From contig NC_092679.1 of the NCBI RefSeq assembly GCF_964355755.1, positions 4,494,201-4,558,200 on the forward strand: a stretch of DNA of 64,000 nt, read 5' to 3'. The notes under the pieces were generated by a model, which made no database searches, was not told where the DNA came from, and saw nothing but the letters and a program-made list of their open reading frames with translations. Every line of letters starts with the position of its first letter. Position 1 is the first letter of the stretch. Shown here one piece after another: positions 25,166 to 39,220 of this stretch. The stretch is from Antedon mediterranea. Taxonomy: Eukaryota; Animalia; Echinodermata. The position numbers were made by a program, and so were the translations under genes.

Positions 25166-28100
25166 ATTTCCGTCTCTAAAGGATTAATATACTTGTATAT
25201 TTCCTGAATTTAATATAAACCACTTTCCATAATTGGCAATACAGAATTCTGACTTAAAGTGAACTAATTAAGATAAAAACAATGAGGGCCAGTGTATGGA
25301 AGTTCCATAGTTCCTTATTTGGAGAACTAGTTAAAGTGAATAGCAACAATCAAGTCTGGCTAACTAAACTATTTTTGTGCCAAAATTAGTGCTAAGTACT
25401 ACCAGGATATTTTAACCCTAGATGCCCCTAAATATTATCCATCTAACGTTAGTTTATAATATTATAATAAAATGGTCCAGATACAGAGGAACTAAACAAG
25501 CACGAATGACTTCATAAGACGGGATGACGTCACATACACATGAAAATCAGCTACCAAATACGGTTATACGGTACCATCTTCGAGACGTGATATGGCTGCA
25601 TCTTGCTTGAAATTTAGTATCTTTAGTAATTTAATAGCTTTGAGGACATGTCACTGTAGTATATTCATGCTAAATCAACGAATAAGAGAGAAGTAGTACT
25701 TTATAAATGGCACTTTTTACTCAATAGTGTCCATGGAGGAAATGGAAGAGGAGAAGATGAGAGAGTCCTAGACTCGGGTACCCCGAGTAAAAACTACGGT
25801 ATTAAAAATTACCTATCTGCAATAGCCCATGGGAAGTTTTAAACTTGATTAACTATTATACAAGTGCCATAAAGCGAGTACTACAAATTTACACAGTGAG
25901 CTTATTTTTTCACGAATTTTTCATATATACTTAATTTTGTTTACAATTTCAATGGAGTTTTTTCATAGGATTTAGGTCGGAAAGAAATTCTGTTTACTTA
26001 TTATATTGATAATAAATAGACAATTTAGAATTTGCTGCTATGCTACTTTATAGCAGTGTAGCACCGAATAAAAATCATAACACTAGAACTAGTGCTATTC
26101 ACCATTCCATGTTGCCATAATCAACTGCTGGCGAGTTTATAATTTCTTGTGTTTCATTTCAAATTAATATTTTCAACAAAAGAATATACTGTACTCAATG
26201 TTAATCGCGTTTAGAAAAAATTGTTTAAAGAAGTCATTGAAACATTAAAGTATAATATTTATAAAAACATTGAAAACTATCTCAGTAGTTGATGGTTATA
26301 TTAATAAATATGGGATTCATATCATTGGCTGAATCCCAAACATCCGGCTTCATACAAATAAACTTTGAATACGATGACAAAATAAATTCGCAATTCTGTG
26401 TTAAAGTTATTCCTTATGTGAAAGTAACATTGGATAGAATTTGTTAAAGTACTCAAATTAATTCCTAGTATTTAGCTGGAAGAAAGTGTTTTAATTTACG
26501 CATTAAAAATGCTTGACATTTTCATCCATATAGGTTCTGGGAAACGACACAAATCTGACCTCTAAAAACAGAAGATTGGAAACCGATAACTGAATTCAGG
26601 AACTTCAGCTGTTTCCTGCTATTAAACATAACTAAAAAAAAAACTTACTCGATGGACATATAGACTACGTTGATGTAGAGAAGGAAATATTTAGGATTTG
26701 CGAGCTTCCTACATAGATATAAAGCAAGGCCGCATAGCCTAGATCACTTACCAAAACGTAATCTCACAATAGTATCTACACAATTGTAGAAGCATACCAA
26801 AAAAAGTGTAGCTTTCGCATTCACTCAAAAATACAAGTATCTACATGTTTTTCAAAATTGGAAATTGTTTGCCTTTTAAAAAATTGTTGTTCTATGGTGA
26901 ATTATTTTGTGCATACATAAAATCCTTTCTGATTTCTTGTATGTTGGCAATAACGTTTGCAGTATTTAATTTAAAGTTTTAACCTTTACAATTACAGGAT
27001 GGGTTATTTAGACCCTGCTTATAACTACTTAATTAAAACTTGTATTGAACTTGTAATGTACAACAAATACTCAGTATTTGTTGGTCGTGGAAAGAAGTCT
27101 TACTAAAATGCTGTTTTTCTACTTTAACTTGCATAATTAGGCCCTGTGGCAGAAACATGAGGAGAACCCGAGTTTGGAATTCAACTAGGGAAGAACCAAG
27201 AATCTTTACGGTTCAGTAAGCACACAGTAGTTTAACCTGAAGTATGATGTAATACCAAAAGATCAACAACCTGTGACACAAAAACTTGTAACAAATTCCA
27301 ACATGCAAACCTAGCTCGTTTTATTCAAACTACAGCAACCATGTCAAACGTATTCTACTGTTCAGTGTTCAGTCATCAGTGGAAAATTACTTCCATTTAT
27401 TGTCATTTTGCATATAAAATATACATAGAAATTATGTTTGCGCTGACAAAAACAGATAAATGAAAAAATTACAAAGCATCACATCACTCTCATACGGTAT
27501 ACTGACAAGCATTCAGTGCCTCAATGGCAGGTGGAGAAAAACATATTTGTTACTGCAGTAATTGCGTTTCTTTAACCTGTTTATACATTATTTAGCAAAC
27601 CATTTCTGCAGTAATACTATGGTACATTTTAACCTGCAATTAATTATTTTGCCTTTTTTTTGCACACTGTTTATTGTAGTGACTGCCTCATAAACTTAAA
27701 AATAAACTCAAATAGTTTGTTATTAATTTTAACATCATCTCAATACAAAATTCATCAACAATTTGGCATGACAAAACTTTCGACCAATCATTGAAAATAA
27801 TACTATTTAATTTAAAAACTATTTTAAAATAAAAGTACAACTCGTACATATTGATAGACATCAACTTTTGAATGGCAAGTGATTTTCATAGAAAAAAGAA
27901 ATCCATTTTTTGGAATGTAGAAGAAATCATCATCAATGAACATACCCAGTGGACCTACATCTGAGCAAAAATAAACAAAATAAGGGAAAAAATATTGTTT
28001 GACTCGGTCCAACCGTGAAAAGAATGTCCGAACGTGAAAAATCACAATTTACTCAAAGTTAGCGTAACAAAAATAACAAAGTTGAAACTGGATATTTGTA

Positions 28101-31100
28101 ATTATGCAACAAGAATAAATGGTATTGGTAAATGTTTTGAACTTAGTCAATGGGAGGTACACAAAAAAGTGTCCAAGTCCAATTCAAGGTAGGCCTCCAC
28201 AGACAAGGTCTAGTGCAAGGCCCTAGGCCTACACTGACAATCACTAGCAAACAAGAATATGATGGTCTCTTGGGGTAGGCATAGTTAGTGTGTGTGTTCA
28301 AAGTCATTGAACTTGTTCTTGCCTAAAGGTTTTCACCAAGGCTGAATTTAATTAGATTCAGTAAGAATTCTGACAAAAATAAAACATTTTTCTCAATTGA
28401 GAAACCTGTCAACGTTGTGACTAGGAAAGATACCAGAGAGTATCCCGTAAGATAACTTACATTTCTCGTTTTGATGCGCGTAACAACTACAAAGTTTTGT
28501 AGACGTGATTTACACACATTTCTGTTTTATCTCGCTTCATTTTGTAATCAAGTTTTCTGAAGGTCATTTATAAAATAAAACCTGATAAAATCTTCAACAA
28601 ATTAAACAGTTTTAGTCAGTTAATTTAATTTTCAACCAAAAACAAATTGACACAAAATACACACCATGAATAAAAGAAGAATAGTTTCGTTCGTGAAATC
28701 ATTCACAGTATCAATCAAATCGAGATACTGTACCCGCTTAAAAAAAAAATAAAGCAGAACTACAGTACGGTACTGACTGTAAACCAGATTTTAAGGGGTT
28801 TTTTTTCCCCAAAAAGTGCAAAAACCACTTTAGTTTTCCATTTCAAAAGGAAACTTTAGTAAAAAAGGTGGTTTATTCCTGTATTGACATTATGTCATCT
28901 TTTTTTTAAATTGTTCATATTTTTGTTACCGATTTTATAATAAAGTTTAAATCATTAATAAGTTAAGTCCAGAGCAGATGATGTGTGATATCATGACCAA
29001 GCTATCTTGACCTTTCTACTAATTTATCAGCAGACCTCACTCTATTAAAAGCGTTCCTTAAGGTATTCTAAATAGAAAGTAAAAACAAATTTTAGATCAT
29101 TTTTAATACTGCAGTCATTAGGTCAAGTAAAAACGTTAATTACTGTACTAATACATTGTAATATAAATTTTAATTAGTTATTTAGTTCAAATGAAAGGGT
29201 ATTAATAACCAATATTTTATTTCTGTCTGTGGGAAACAAGTTTAAATGTTGTTTAAAAATCATAATTAATAGCAGATATAAACAATACTATTAATGATAA
29301 TTTAAATAGAACATACCTACTATAACAGGATTAAAGTTTGGTAGCATTATTTACTATACGTATACTTTTTGTTATTATTTAACGGACGAATTGTAAATGT
29401 ATCTCAACTACGTCATAGATTGTCTATAATAGATTACCGGGAAAAACAAATTCTAATTTGAAAAAGGTTAATAGTTGATACTCGGATTGTTGAAGTTTGG
29501 GAAGTATTGAAAAAAAGTAAACAGTTCATAGAAAAGGTTCAAACCGGGTGAAAGGAAGTAGAAAATACTTTCCATGAAACTAAGCAGTTATGATTGATAG
29601 GTAAATTGAGGAGAATAACCTGTGAAAGGCAATTGCGGAAAAGTATGGACAAACTGGGGGTATTACAGCATAGTTTGTACTCCAGTGTTTTATGCTGTCG
29701 GAAATTACCACATTTTATACGCGTTCTACACATTGTCTTGATGACAGATCCTCCTCATCTACTTTTCATTTAAATCATCAAAACACATATAAACATATTT
29801 TAATACACTTATGAGATAAAAATATCTCAGTAAGTTATAAATAAAATCCAGGGCGGATATATGGAGGGATTTTGAACAGTTGGACCTTCCATACATTTTA
29901 CATAATAATGAAAATGCAATTATCTTGGCCCAAACAACATTTGTTTTATTTTGAACCTTTAGTGAATATCTAGTAGGGGTCATAATGATCTATAATAATC
30001 ATGCATGAAGAAGAAGCACTCCCAAAGGGGGGAGAGCAGACGATAGAGGTCACAAGTTTCCCCCCCCCCCCACCCCTAAAAACGGTTTAGTAATGGTTAT
30101 ATCTTATCTTATATGGAATATTAGAAAACATTTTAACATTAAATAATTTCTTTTTAAACCACCAACGTTGTTTGCAATTCATAGACATGGCATGTTTATA
30201 TAGTACCACACCTCTGTTTATGGAGGTTGTGGGGACGAGTCCTAGTAATATAACACAACATCTCATGGTAGTCACAGTTTTTACACACACTGCCAGTACA
30301 AAAAAATAGGAAAAGAAAAAAAGATCTGTGTTTGTGATTAAAAAGTAAATTACTGTAGGCTCATTAGAAAATGAATAGCCAAATTATGATCATAAATTTC
30401 TGTTTCTAAATAATCTAAATTAATTCAAATCACGTTATGGGAATTTGCTTTCACTTCAGCTCCCATTTGAGGGTGCGTCTTGATAAGAAGAGCCAACAGG
30501 TTACTTCTACATCAATCACTCAAAATCAGAAAAAGTACATTTCTATGTCATACATCCTATATCATGATGTTACATAAGTTTGGCTTTCTTTTTTTTGAAA
30601 GATTTAAACTTTAAATACATTTATTTATCATTTTACATTTTTCGTATCTGCACAAGTATTGAAATCACTTTTGCATAGTAGTTTGTTAAATGGTTGCGGC
30701 CAATTTATAGGGTTTAATAAAACAGTTGTAGTTGTATTAATCTAATTGCCAAGTGGCATATAGTACTATCCCAAAATGCAACATGACCAAACAAGCTAGT
30801 CACCATTGATGACCATTATGCTGAAGCTTCCAAATATAAAATTCACATGTTCAGAACTTTCCTAAAATTAGCCTCACACGTAAGCCTATCTGAATTGAGT
30901 GCTGACTGAGCTTTCTTTCACACTACACTGTGTCCACACCATACAATATCTCACGTTAGTATCAGGCTACAATGTTCATATCGATGGAGTTATTGCGTAA
31001 TAGCGTACAATGCTCAAAGATCAAACGTAAACTTTAGATAAAATAACGAAAGTTTTCAAATACAGGGCAATGCTTATCACTACTCTACAATGGAAGTTTT

Positions 31101-32442
31101 GTTGCTTAGAAAATGACTGATGGGATGCAACGCTGAAATACTTCAAACGAAACACTCAACTGTTTTCAACTAATACAGTTCGGTGTTTGTGTGAACTGAG
31201 CCTCAGAACTCAGCACACTACCACCTGGTGAGCACCTATCATGCTAGGTGGTGCATCTAATCAAACATTGTTGTACACTGTATACAGTCCTATACAATTC
31301 TAAACTTTATTAAATGGTTGATAACACATCAAGTGATTTTCTATTCCGGTGGTCTTGGTTACTGTAAACTTTATTTCACAGCGTTTTATTCCAAATAATT
31401 TATTTAGCAGACAGTTTCCGGTATGTTACGTTATCCATTAACCTTAGTTTGTGAACTTATTCCTAATGAAGCGCTGAGCAAATGCAAAAAAAAAAAACTT
31501 CTGGTCTATTAGTACTGTAATAAAAACAGCTTGGAATTCAATGTTATCTCATTACTCCAGTTACGTATAGTCTTGGTTGAGTGGTTTAACAGGAATTAAT
31601 TAATTGGTTTAGAACAAGTTTTTTTATTTGCAGTTTAAATTAAATTGAATACAATTAAATACAAACTATTTTTATCATTTATTCCCAAAAATGAATAGTT
31701 TTACTCTTCTCTGATTTCATCTCTTCTTTTTCTGAAGAGCAGAGAATTGCAAAGTAATCAAATAATGAAAAGTATAACTAAACTACAGTAAATAAAGATA
31801 TTATAGTTTCTTATTTAGCTATTAGGGAAGTTATTGATTACAAAATGTCAAAAGTATTTAGTATACCCATACATTCTTTATTGATCGTATCCATTTTAAA
31901 GTATACGTGACCTGATACAGAAATTCAAACTTAGATTTTAAAATATCCTAACTTTTTATCAAAGTACACTTCCTCCAACGCCCCTATTTACGTCATTAGC
32001 CTGCCAGCGTGCACTTTGCGTTCTATTTCTATCTTCTTGTCTGATATAAAGGGCGTCTATATAACACAACCAGCTTCCCTCAACGACAAAGTTAATTGAG
32101 TGAGATATGCAGCGCGAACGAGTAGAAAATGAAATTTTAGCAACAAAGGAAAGTAATGGCTTCATTGAATGCTCTGGGGGGTTTTCGAGGGTACGAGAGG
32201 AAATAGATGAAATTTTTAAATACGGGCAACAAAACATGGCCTAGTTCCAACAACCTAACGCTTTCATCACTTTCACATTTAGGACATCACATGCTACAAA
32301 ATCAACCAATCAGAAGTAGTGTTATATATTCAAAACACAGTATTAGAAATTTGGAGAAATTCGCAAAACAAAAAAAACGTTTAGCGCTGACCAATAAAAC
32401 GTTCTTACACAATTATCGGTTAGGTTGGATCAGAAAAACTTA

Positions 32443-32590
32443 AGCTCTGTCTACATCAAATTTATATTATAATATTATATATACATAATATATAGACATG
32501 TCATATCACTACCATATTTGGGCATATCATACCATATTTGGGCACATCACACTTTTATTGTCAAACTAATTTGATAGTGTAGACAGAGAT
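32443..32590. mobile_element. MITE family A copy
   Basis: agctctgtctaca...tgtagacagagat with internal (atatcactaccatatttgggc) repeats. Confidence 0.8.
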
Positions 32591-33636
32591 TTAGTGTGAA
32601 TCTACCAAATAGAATTTATTTCATCAAAGCATCAAAAGGAATAAAGAGATTGAGAAATGTGTAAAATCCTAAGTTGATACATTGGCCTACTTACTGTATG
32701 TAATCAATAATATGATATCAATAACTGATAATAGTAATACCAATCTTTGCATTTTATCAATTAGCAAATATTACCAATCTTTGAACCCACCTGTGAAGTT
32801 GAACACTGCAAACAACCAATGATAAACAAGTGCAAACATTATTAATATGAGCCGGTGTTGAAATGGTGTGTAAAACTATGTTCTTACCATATATGGTAAA
32901 TGACATGCTGTTTTAAAGTTTGATGACCTTGCGAATTAATGTCAGCAAACTCGTTTTTTTGGAAACGAACAAGGGGTAATAGTGTTTTAACACTATGGCT
33001 AACTGCTATTTTGTTGGGCCCAAAGTTGTCTCCTTAAACTAGGGTTTTACATTATACATAAACTCGATTTGTCAAAAATTGAACATTTTTTTTAAAATTT
33101 TACTTCCTTGGTAAGATAATATAAAATTAAAAATAGGATAAAAAATACAAATAATAATATCGCAAAATTTAAAATACCGCATTAAAAAGTTCGTTTGGAA
33201 TGTATAGTATAAAATGTGAATTGTTTAATTAAGTGGTCTAATTCTGCCGGATTTGTTTTGCGAAATTTGTATGAACAAACTAAAAACAAAGGCCTACTTC
33301 TACTCATCAAAACTTTTAATCTCCTTGCTATAAACTCCGCAATGCATTATACAGCAACAAAAACAAGGAAATTAAAAATAATTAAACCAAAGTAATAAAA
33401 TGAATGAGGACAGTTGTGTGGATTACTGTGGTAGTAGATTTTTCAAGGTTTGATTCTAATTACATAATCTTTTTAAATAATTATAGAGTTCTTAGGCCTT
33501 GGATTTGATGGTCTATTGAACCTCTGTAGGCAATCAACAGTGCTGAATGATGAGATTGTTTACTCAAAAGCAAGTCCAAGGGTATCAGCTTCTGTATTTG
33601 TACTACTGTAAATGTATTCATAACCAATTGGTATTG

Positions 33637-34335
33637 ACTGCCAAGAAAATACCGTATTTTATACGGTATTTTTTGAATACCGTATTTATACCATATTTTG
33701 TTGGCAGCAGAAACTGCGCTCATAACAAAAATACCGTATTTTCCCCACAAAATTTGTGGATAAAATACGGTATTTACAAATTTATACCGTATTTTTTGTA
33801 CCCTTTTCTGCTGCCAATAAAAAATACCGTATTTTTTTTCACCTGCGACATTATTTTCTGTCGCTGTCAGCTGTTTTACACACGTGTATACTATAGATAT
33901 ATTCGGCGAAAATGTGGAGCAAAGACGTCACAATATTTACTATATAAATATGTGTGGAAAAGGAGGGGGTGGGGAAGCTAAAATTTCCGGCCAACTAAAA
34001 AGTAATAAAAGGAACAACCACAACTAACAAAATGAAGGAATAGACTTGTCTCCAAAGCAAGTAAACTCAAAGAAGCTGAAGAGCCTGCAAAAGCAGTACA
34101 ATAACTCGGGGAGGGAACAAATTACTTCTCTATCACTAGGGCTATAGGCTGTTGAAAGTGAGACGTAAAACTTCCTTTACTGCGACTTTTAAGTATTGAC
34201 CAAATAAATGAATGGCAATTTGGGTAAAAAGGATGAAATTTAACACGACCACCCAAGAAGTATTGTTAGCAGAAACGGGGTACTAAAAAATACGGTATAA
34301 AAAATACCGTATTTTTATACCGTATTTTGAGCAGT
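33637..34335. mobile_element. degenerate TIR element with subterminal ataccgtat/atacggtat repeats (EnSpm/CACTA-like)
   Basis: actgc...gcagt ends, about 10 copies of the 9-bp motif clustered near both ends, and an internal inverted pair ttggcagcagaa / ttctgctgccaa. Superfamily is an inference. Confidence 0.5.
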
Positions 34336-34730
34336 TGCAGCAGAAAAAAAAATTATTGTTTTAATAATTATATGATTAATAAATAATTAAAAATAAAAAG
34401 GCCCTCTTAATTTGGAAACATTACCAATTGGTCTAATTTGAAAATAGGTCTAGATGCAGAAGCTATGACAACGTAAATTGGAGTGGCCGAGAGCTTGTAT
34501 TTTGTGAGAATTTAAGAAGTAGCTTCTATCGCTTTTAGTATTGTTAAATTAGGAGCACCGTGTGATAATGATGATTTTCGTCGTGCATAGCATCTAATCA
34601 AAAATATTTTCATGCTTGTATAGAGACAAGGTAATTCATTCAGGCTGGCAACATCGAAAAAAAAAAAAATATAGATAGAGATAGATAGAGTATTTTCAAA
34701 AAAATTATAGTAAGAACACATAAACCTCAC

Positions 34731-34770
34731 TCCTGAGGATGATCAAAGTGTATTGATCGAACCGTCAAGA
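34731..34770 (+). mobile_element. Penelope-like terminal motif / degenerate minimal hammerhead
   Basis: CTGAGGA-t-gatcaa agtgta ttgatc-GAAC-cg-TC; perfect 6-bp stem II, one core mismatch (GAAC for GAAA). Confidence 0.45.
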
Positions 34771-35282
34771 AACTCAACAATTCTTTTCAGAACTATGCGG
34801 TGTCATAAATAACACATAAACCTGTAATAAAAATGTCTGGTTCTATAAAAAAAAAGACATATACACATAAATTGCAGACATGTGACAATTGCACCACAGC
34901 AGGTTATCAATGGTTCTTGTATAATAATACTGAACAAACCACTGAAACACAAAAGAGTTGTGATGAATCACCAGATATCAACCATCAATGATCACAAGGG
35001 CCACTTCATTATCCTAACATCACAATCTGATTGGCTGAGAGAATATTATCTTAACTTTGTTTTTGAATTGAGTTATCCTGTCAATGGTTAATTGATTCAA
35101 CAGGATCATTTAGTGTCATCCCCATTGACAAGGTGGTTTGTTTTTAGTTCATCAATCATTATACTAGATAACTACCAAACAGAATAGTACTTTGCTCTTG
35201 TAAAATGCAAACATAACTATATCACAAGAAGTTAGTCAATATTATGATCATTGTTCTATTTCTAAAGATGAATGATAATTGA

Positions 35283-35425
35283 CTGTGTTCACACGCACTA
35301 GAGTTTACTTCGTTCTATGCAAGGATGTAAGCCAAACCAATCATCATCCAAACTGTCGCTTGTGATTGGTAAATTCAGTCACGTTATGTCAATGCGTCGC
35401 GACCGAATGGAAACCAAGCTTTAAG
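35283..35425. mobile_element. degenerate relative of MITE family B
   Basis: Shares tcgcttgtgattggt.aattca and the end ggaaaccaagct|ttaa with 51590-51775. Confidence 0.55.
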
Positions 35426-35472
35426 CTGATCCAAAGCATATTCATGAAATATCCAATGTACTGAAAGTGCTA

Positions 35473-35554
35473 GTTAATTCTATTACGTATCGTTAACTCT
35501 ATTACGTATCGTTAACTCTATTATGTATCGTTAACTCTATTATGTATCGTTAAC
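35473..35554. repeat. tandem repeat, 19-bp unit x4
   Basis: (gttaactctattaYgtatc)4. Confidence 0.9.
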
Positions 35555-37589
35555 CTATCAGAGTTTAACAGAAGTACATTGGAGTTATATTGATGTGATG
35601 ATTTAAATCAATGTGAATAGAACCATGATAGAACAGAGTTAACTCCAGTACGTATGAGCATACTACTTGTGTAGCAGGGCTTTGCTTTCATTCATTTTCA
35701 ATAGTGTAGGTTCATTCTGAAAAATAAAACATCTACAGGCCTAAAAACAAGTCTGTTAGAATTTAGGTTGTTACTATTCCTAAGACATTTGTAGCAATAA
35801 TAATCCTCTTCCGGTGTGAAAAGTTTATGAGCTATTAAATTGAATTTTAAACATGGTATCTTGGCACTTAAGTTGGGCCAAACTGTAAGTGCAATCGTTA
35901 CTGTACTATCCTGATATTTTGGTATATTTTGTTGACCTTGGTATTATGTTTCATTTTCTAGTTAATTCTCATAAATTGTCATAGTTTTATCATCATAGTC
36001 TATTGGTACTTTCTTTTATCATTAACCTGTTTCTTCACAAAGTGTGCTTCGACATTCTCAACAGGTGTGGCACTATAATACACAGGTGAATTTACTTTAC
36101 CCTGTTAATAGTAGAAGTCACTGAATACCATAGAGAAGTTGTTTAATACCATAGAGAAATCATACCATACAATACAGTAGCACTGGCCCGACTAAATTAG
36201 AAGTGATGATATCCTATTTAGTGTTCAGCACTATTATTCAACAGTTAAAAAAATATTTTTTTCAGAAAAATAAAAATAAAAAGTATTCTACTGACTTAGA
36301 AATATTTTTTCTAATGGCTCTGTAACCAAACAATTGATTAAGATGACACATAATGCTGATCCTATTGGAGAATAACAGTATTGCTGTTTCTAATCTAACA
36401 CTTTTGAATAATAACTTGAACCTCTTTGATACAAATAATGGTAATGTATTACATGTCTACAGTGTGTCTATTGTCCAGTATCCTAAGCAAACAATGCAGA
36501 GTTGACACACAGGTTATACACCGATAAAACTCTGGAGAACAGAAAAGAAATCAGTTATTTTTTACAGTAAAAATCAAGGAATTTTCAAATTGTCTAGAAA
36601 TGCACTACAGTAATCACATATTTATTCCAGACACATTTTAGTTTTAGTTTAAAAATATCTGCCAACTACAACTGGGCACTATTTATACACTAAAATAATG
36701 TAACAGGTACAGTGCTGTTAGCCACATTAAATTATAAATAGGCATTAATTTAATCTTTCCTATTTGTGTCCTATATTCCAACAGGTCAAAACTGTTATTT
36801 ACCCAGGGACTTGATTGTTATACAACAAGCACAGAATACTACAAAAGATTCCTCTCTGGTTAAGTCATTAATATAAACCTTATCTGAGCCAACACAGAGG
36901 ACTCCATCCAAAACTGTGTAAACCACATTAGTATCTGTTGAACCACTTGGGGAATAATTCACCTTGTTGGAGATATACAACGATTTCTCAATCCGATCAT
37001 AAGAATCGTTTTACTTAATCTCTCAAGCAACAGAACAAGTGCTGTTAAAAGCATTAATAAGTCGAAGACCCGGACTAACTTTGCCGAGTTGAACAGCGTT
37101 GTGGTTTCATATATCATCATCAAAGTTTTCAGATTTTGGATGACATTGCGGTTTCAACCCTCGGGTTTTGGATGCACACTTTATTATAGTCGTGGGTCGA
37201 TAATCATAATTTTGTGGGAACTGGTACAAAATGAACAACATTTTGATTTATTGAGATATTTGAATCCTCACTTTATATGTTTGTGGGTGGATAATTACGA
37301 TCTTGTGTCAACTGGTAATATCATATTTATTTTTTAATATATTTATTGAGCCTTCTTCTAATATATAGAACAAATGTAAGCTGTCTGTACAACAATTACA
37401 CCACTCCACACCCACCAGTAGTTTTGACACTTCATATAAAATTGTATTTAATTTTTAATGTGCATTTATACGCTTGGTTAAGCGTGGTTCCCATTAAGAC
37501 ATCATATCTATCATAAACATAAAAATTGTCTTTAACTTTGCCAAATTTACTATAAAGCAGCCTAAATAATTGTAATCTCTTCATTTTAA

Positions 37590-37736
37590 AGCTCTGTCTA
37601 CACTATCAAACTTTATGCGACAAAAAAATGTGATGTGCACATATATGGACATGATGATGTCATATCACTACCGTATTTGTGCATATCACTACCGTATTTG
37701 GGCACATCACACTAGTTTGATATTGTAGACAGAGCT
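37590..37736. mobile_element. MITE family A, full-length copy (147 bp)
   Basis: ttaa|agctctgtctacactatcaaact ... agtttgatattgtagacagagct|ttaa; five copies in the window. Confidence 0.9.
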
Positions 37737-38189
37737 TTAAAAATAAATATAAAGAAAGGTTAATACCCTCCATAGAAAAGAACTCATTGCTGAAGCCTCC
37801 ACACGTGGTATTCATTTAGTACGCTTCCTGAACTATGTACAACTGAATAAGTGTCATACAAAAACACCAGGCAGAATGACAATTGCTAGCGTTGTGTTCA
37901 GTACAAATAAAACTGGAAACATATTCCTTGGAAACTTGTCAAAGATCTGTCAAGTTGACTGAATTTAAATTACTTTTTTAATTTGAAAGGGGTATGATTT
38001 GATATATACAGGGTTTGGGAGAGGACTCAAGGGGTACGATTTGGTATATACAGGGTTTTGTAGAGAAGACTTGTGTATAAAGGATTCAAAAGGCAGTCCA
38101 AACCTTTAAAACAATTGAGAAGGGAATAGAGCCTCATAATTTGGATTATGTGCATGAAATATAATCGTTTTATAAAATTAAGAAATCCC

Positions 38190-38348
38190 TCTTTGGGATT
38201 CTCCTATTCAGCGGACACTTACACGAAGGGGATACTTTCCATAAAACGAACAAGGAGGCAATAAATGATTTAACAATTTACAGCCAACTCCTATTCAGAC
38301 AACACTTTGTTGGGTCCCAAAGGTGTCCCATTAATAGAGGCTCTACTG
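38190..38348. mobile_element. Tc1/mariner-type MITE (family M1), partial
   Basis: Ends gtgtcccattaatagaggctctactg|ta, the reverse complement of the cagt(a/g)gaacctctattaa.ggacac terminus seen at 50492, 60927 and 61867. Confidence 0.65.
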
Positions 38349-39220
38349 TAATACATTCAATTGAATTCAATTCACTTACAATCACTTCACACTTAGATTT
38401 TAGCCAATCTTCAATACAAATATTATTATTCAATAAATATAAAACTAGAACTTGAATACATAACATTGATATAACTAGATTGAACAAAAACTCAAAAAGT
38501 CTGACCACCTAACCACGATCGCTTGACTCAATCATACCTCTGAATCACAATGACGCTGGTATGAAAACAAGAGACGTATGCCAACTATTAGTCAACTTTA
38601 ATCAAACAAAGTCTCTAATTATTCACCAGATTCCGTATTTATCCCACGGAACACCGATCCATGTCAGCTACAGATTTCAGCTGAATTGATCCGCAGGGAG
38701 CAAGAGTTAGTGATCCTATGGGAATAGAAGTTACTGATACGTGTGGAGTTGCTACTAGGGTCGTTGTGAAGCATAGAACCATTTAAAAGTAATTGCATTA
38801 AGTCAAATTTAAAGCTGAATTTGCAGCATGTTCAGAATGTAAGGCAAATGCAAACATTGGCCTATCTATTCAATCAATCAATCAAACCGATCAGAAAATT
38901 TGGTTGGTTCTGCATTAAATTGAGTAGAATAGTGACATTCTTGATTCATTATCATGAAGTGCTGTCTTCAAAGCAAAGGTGTGCCACCATAAAAGCTCTC
39001 CATTTAGTTTCATTTCATAATTTGACGTCATCACTCCATTTATCTCAAATTAGTGTTTTCATTTTCACTATTTAACTGAAGTCAAAAGAGCATTGTAGAA
39101 GAAAACATCTAATAAAACGTAACAACAACAACATCCTCTTACAAAAAATGTTTTACCCTAATATACAAACTCAGTAGACAGTAGATATGTTATGTCTAGT
39201 CTACTACTAGTCCCTTGCTT

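Noticed and set aside
33547-33981. 144-aa plus-strand ORF
   Set aside because: It overlaps the ataccgtat repeat cluster of a transposon end; the low-complexity translation (IPYF/NTVF) reflects the DNA motif.
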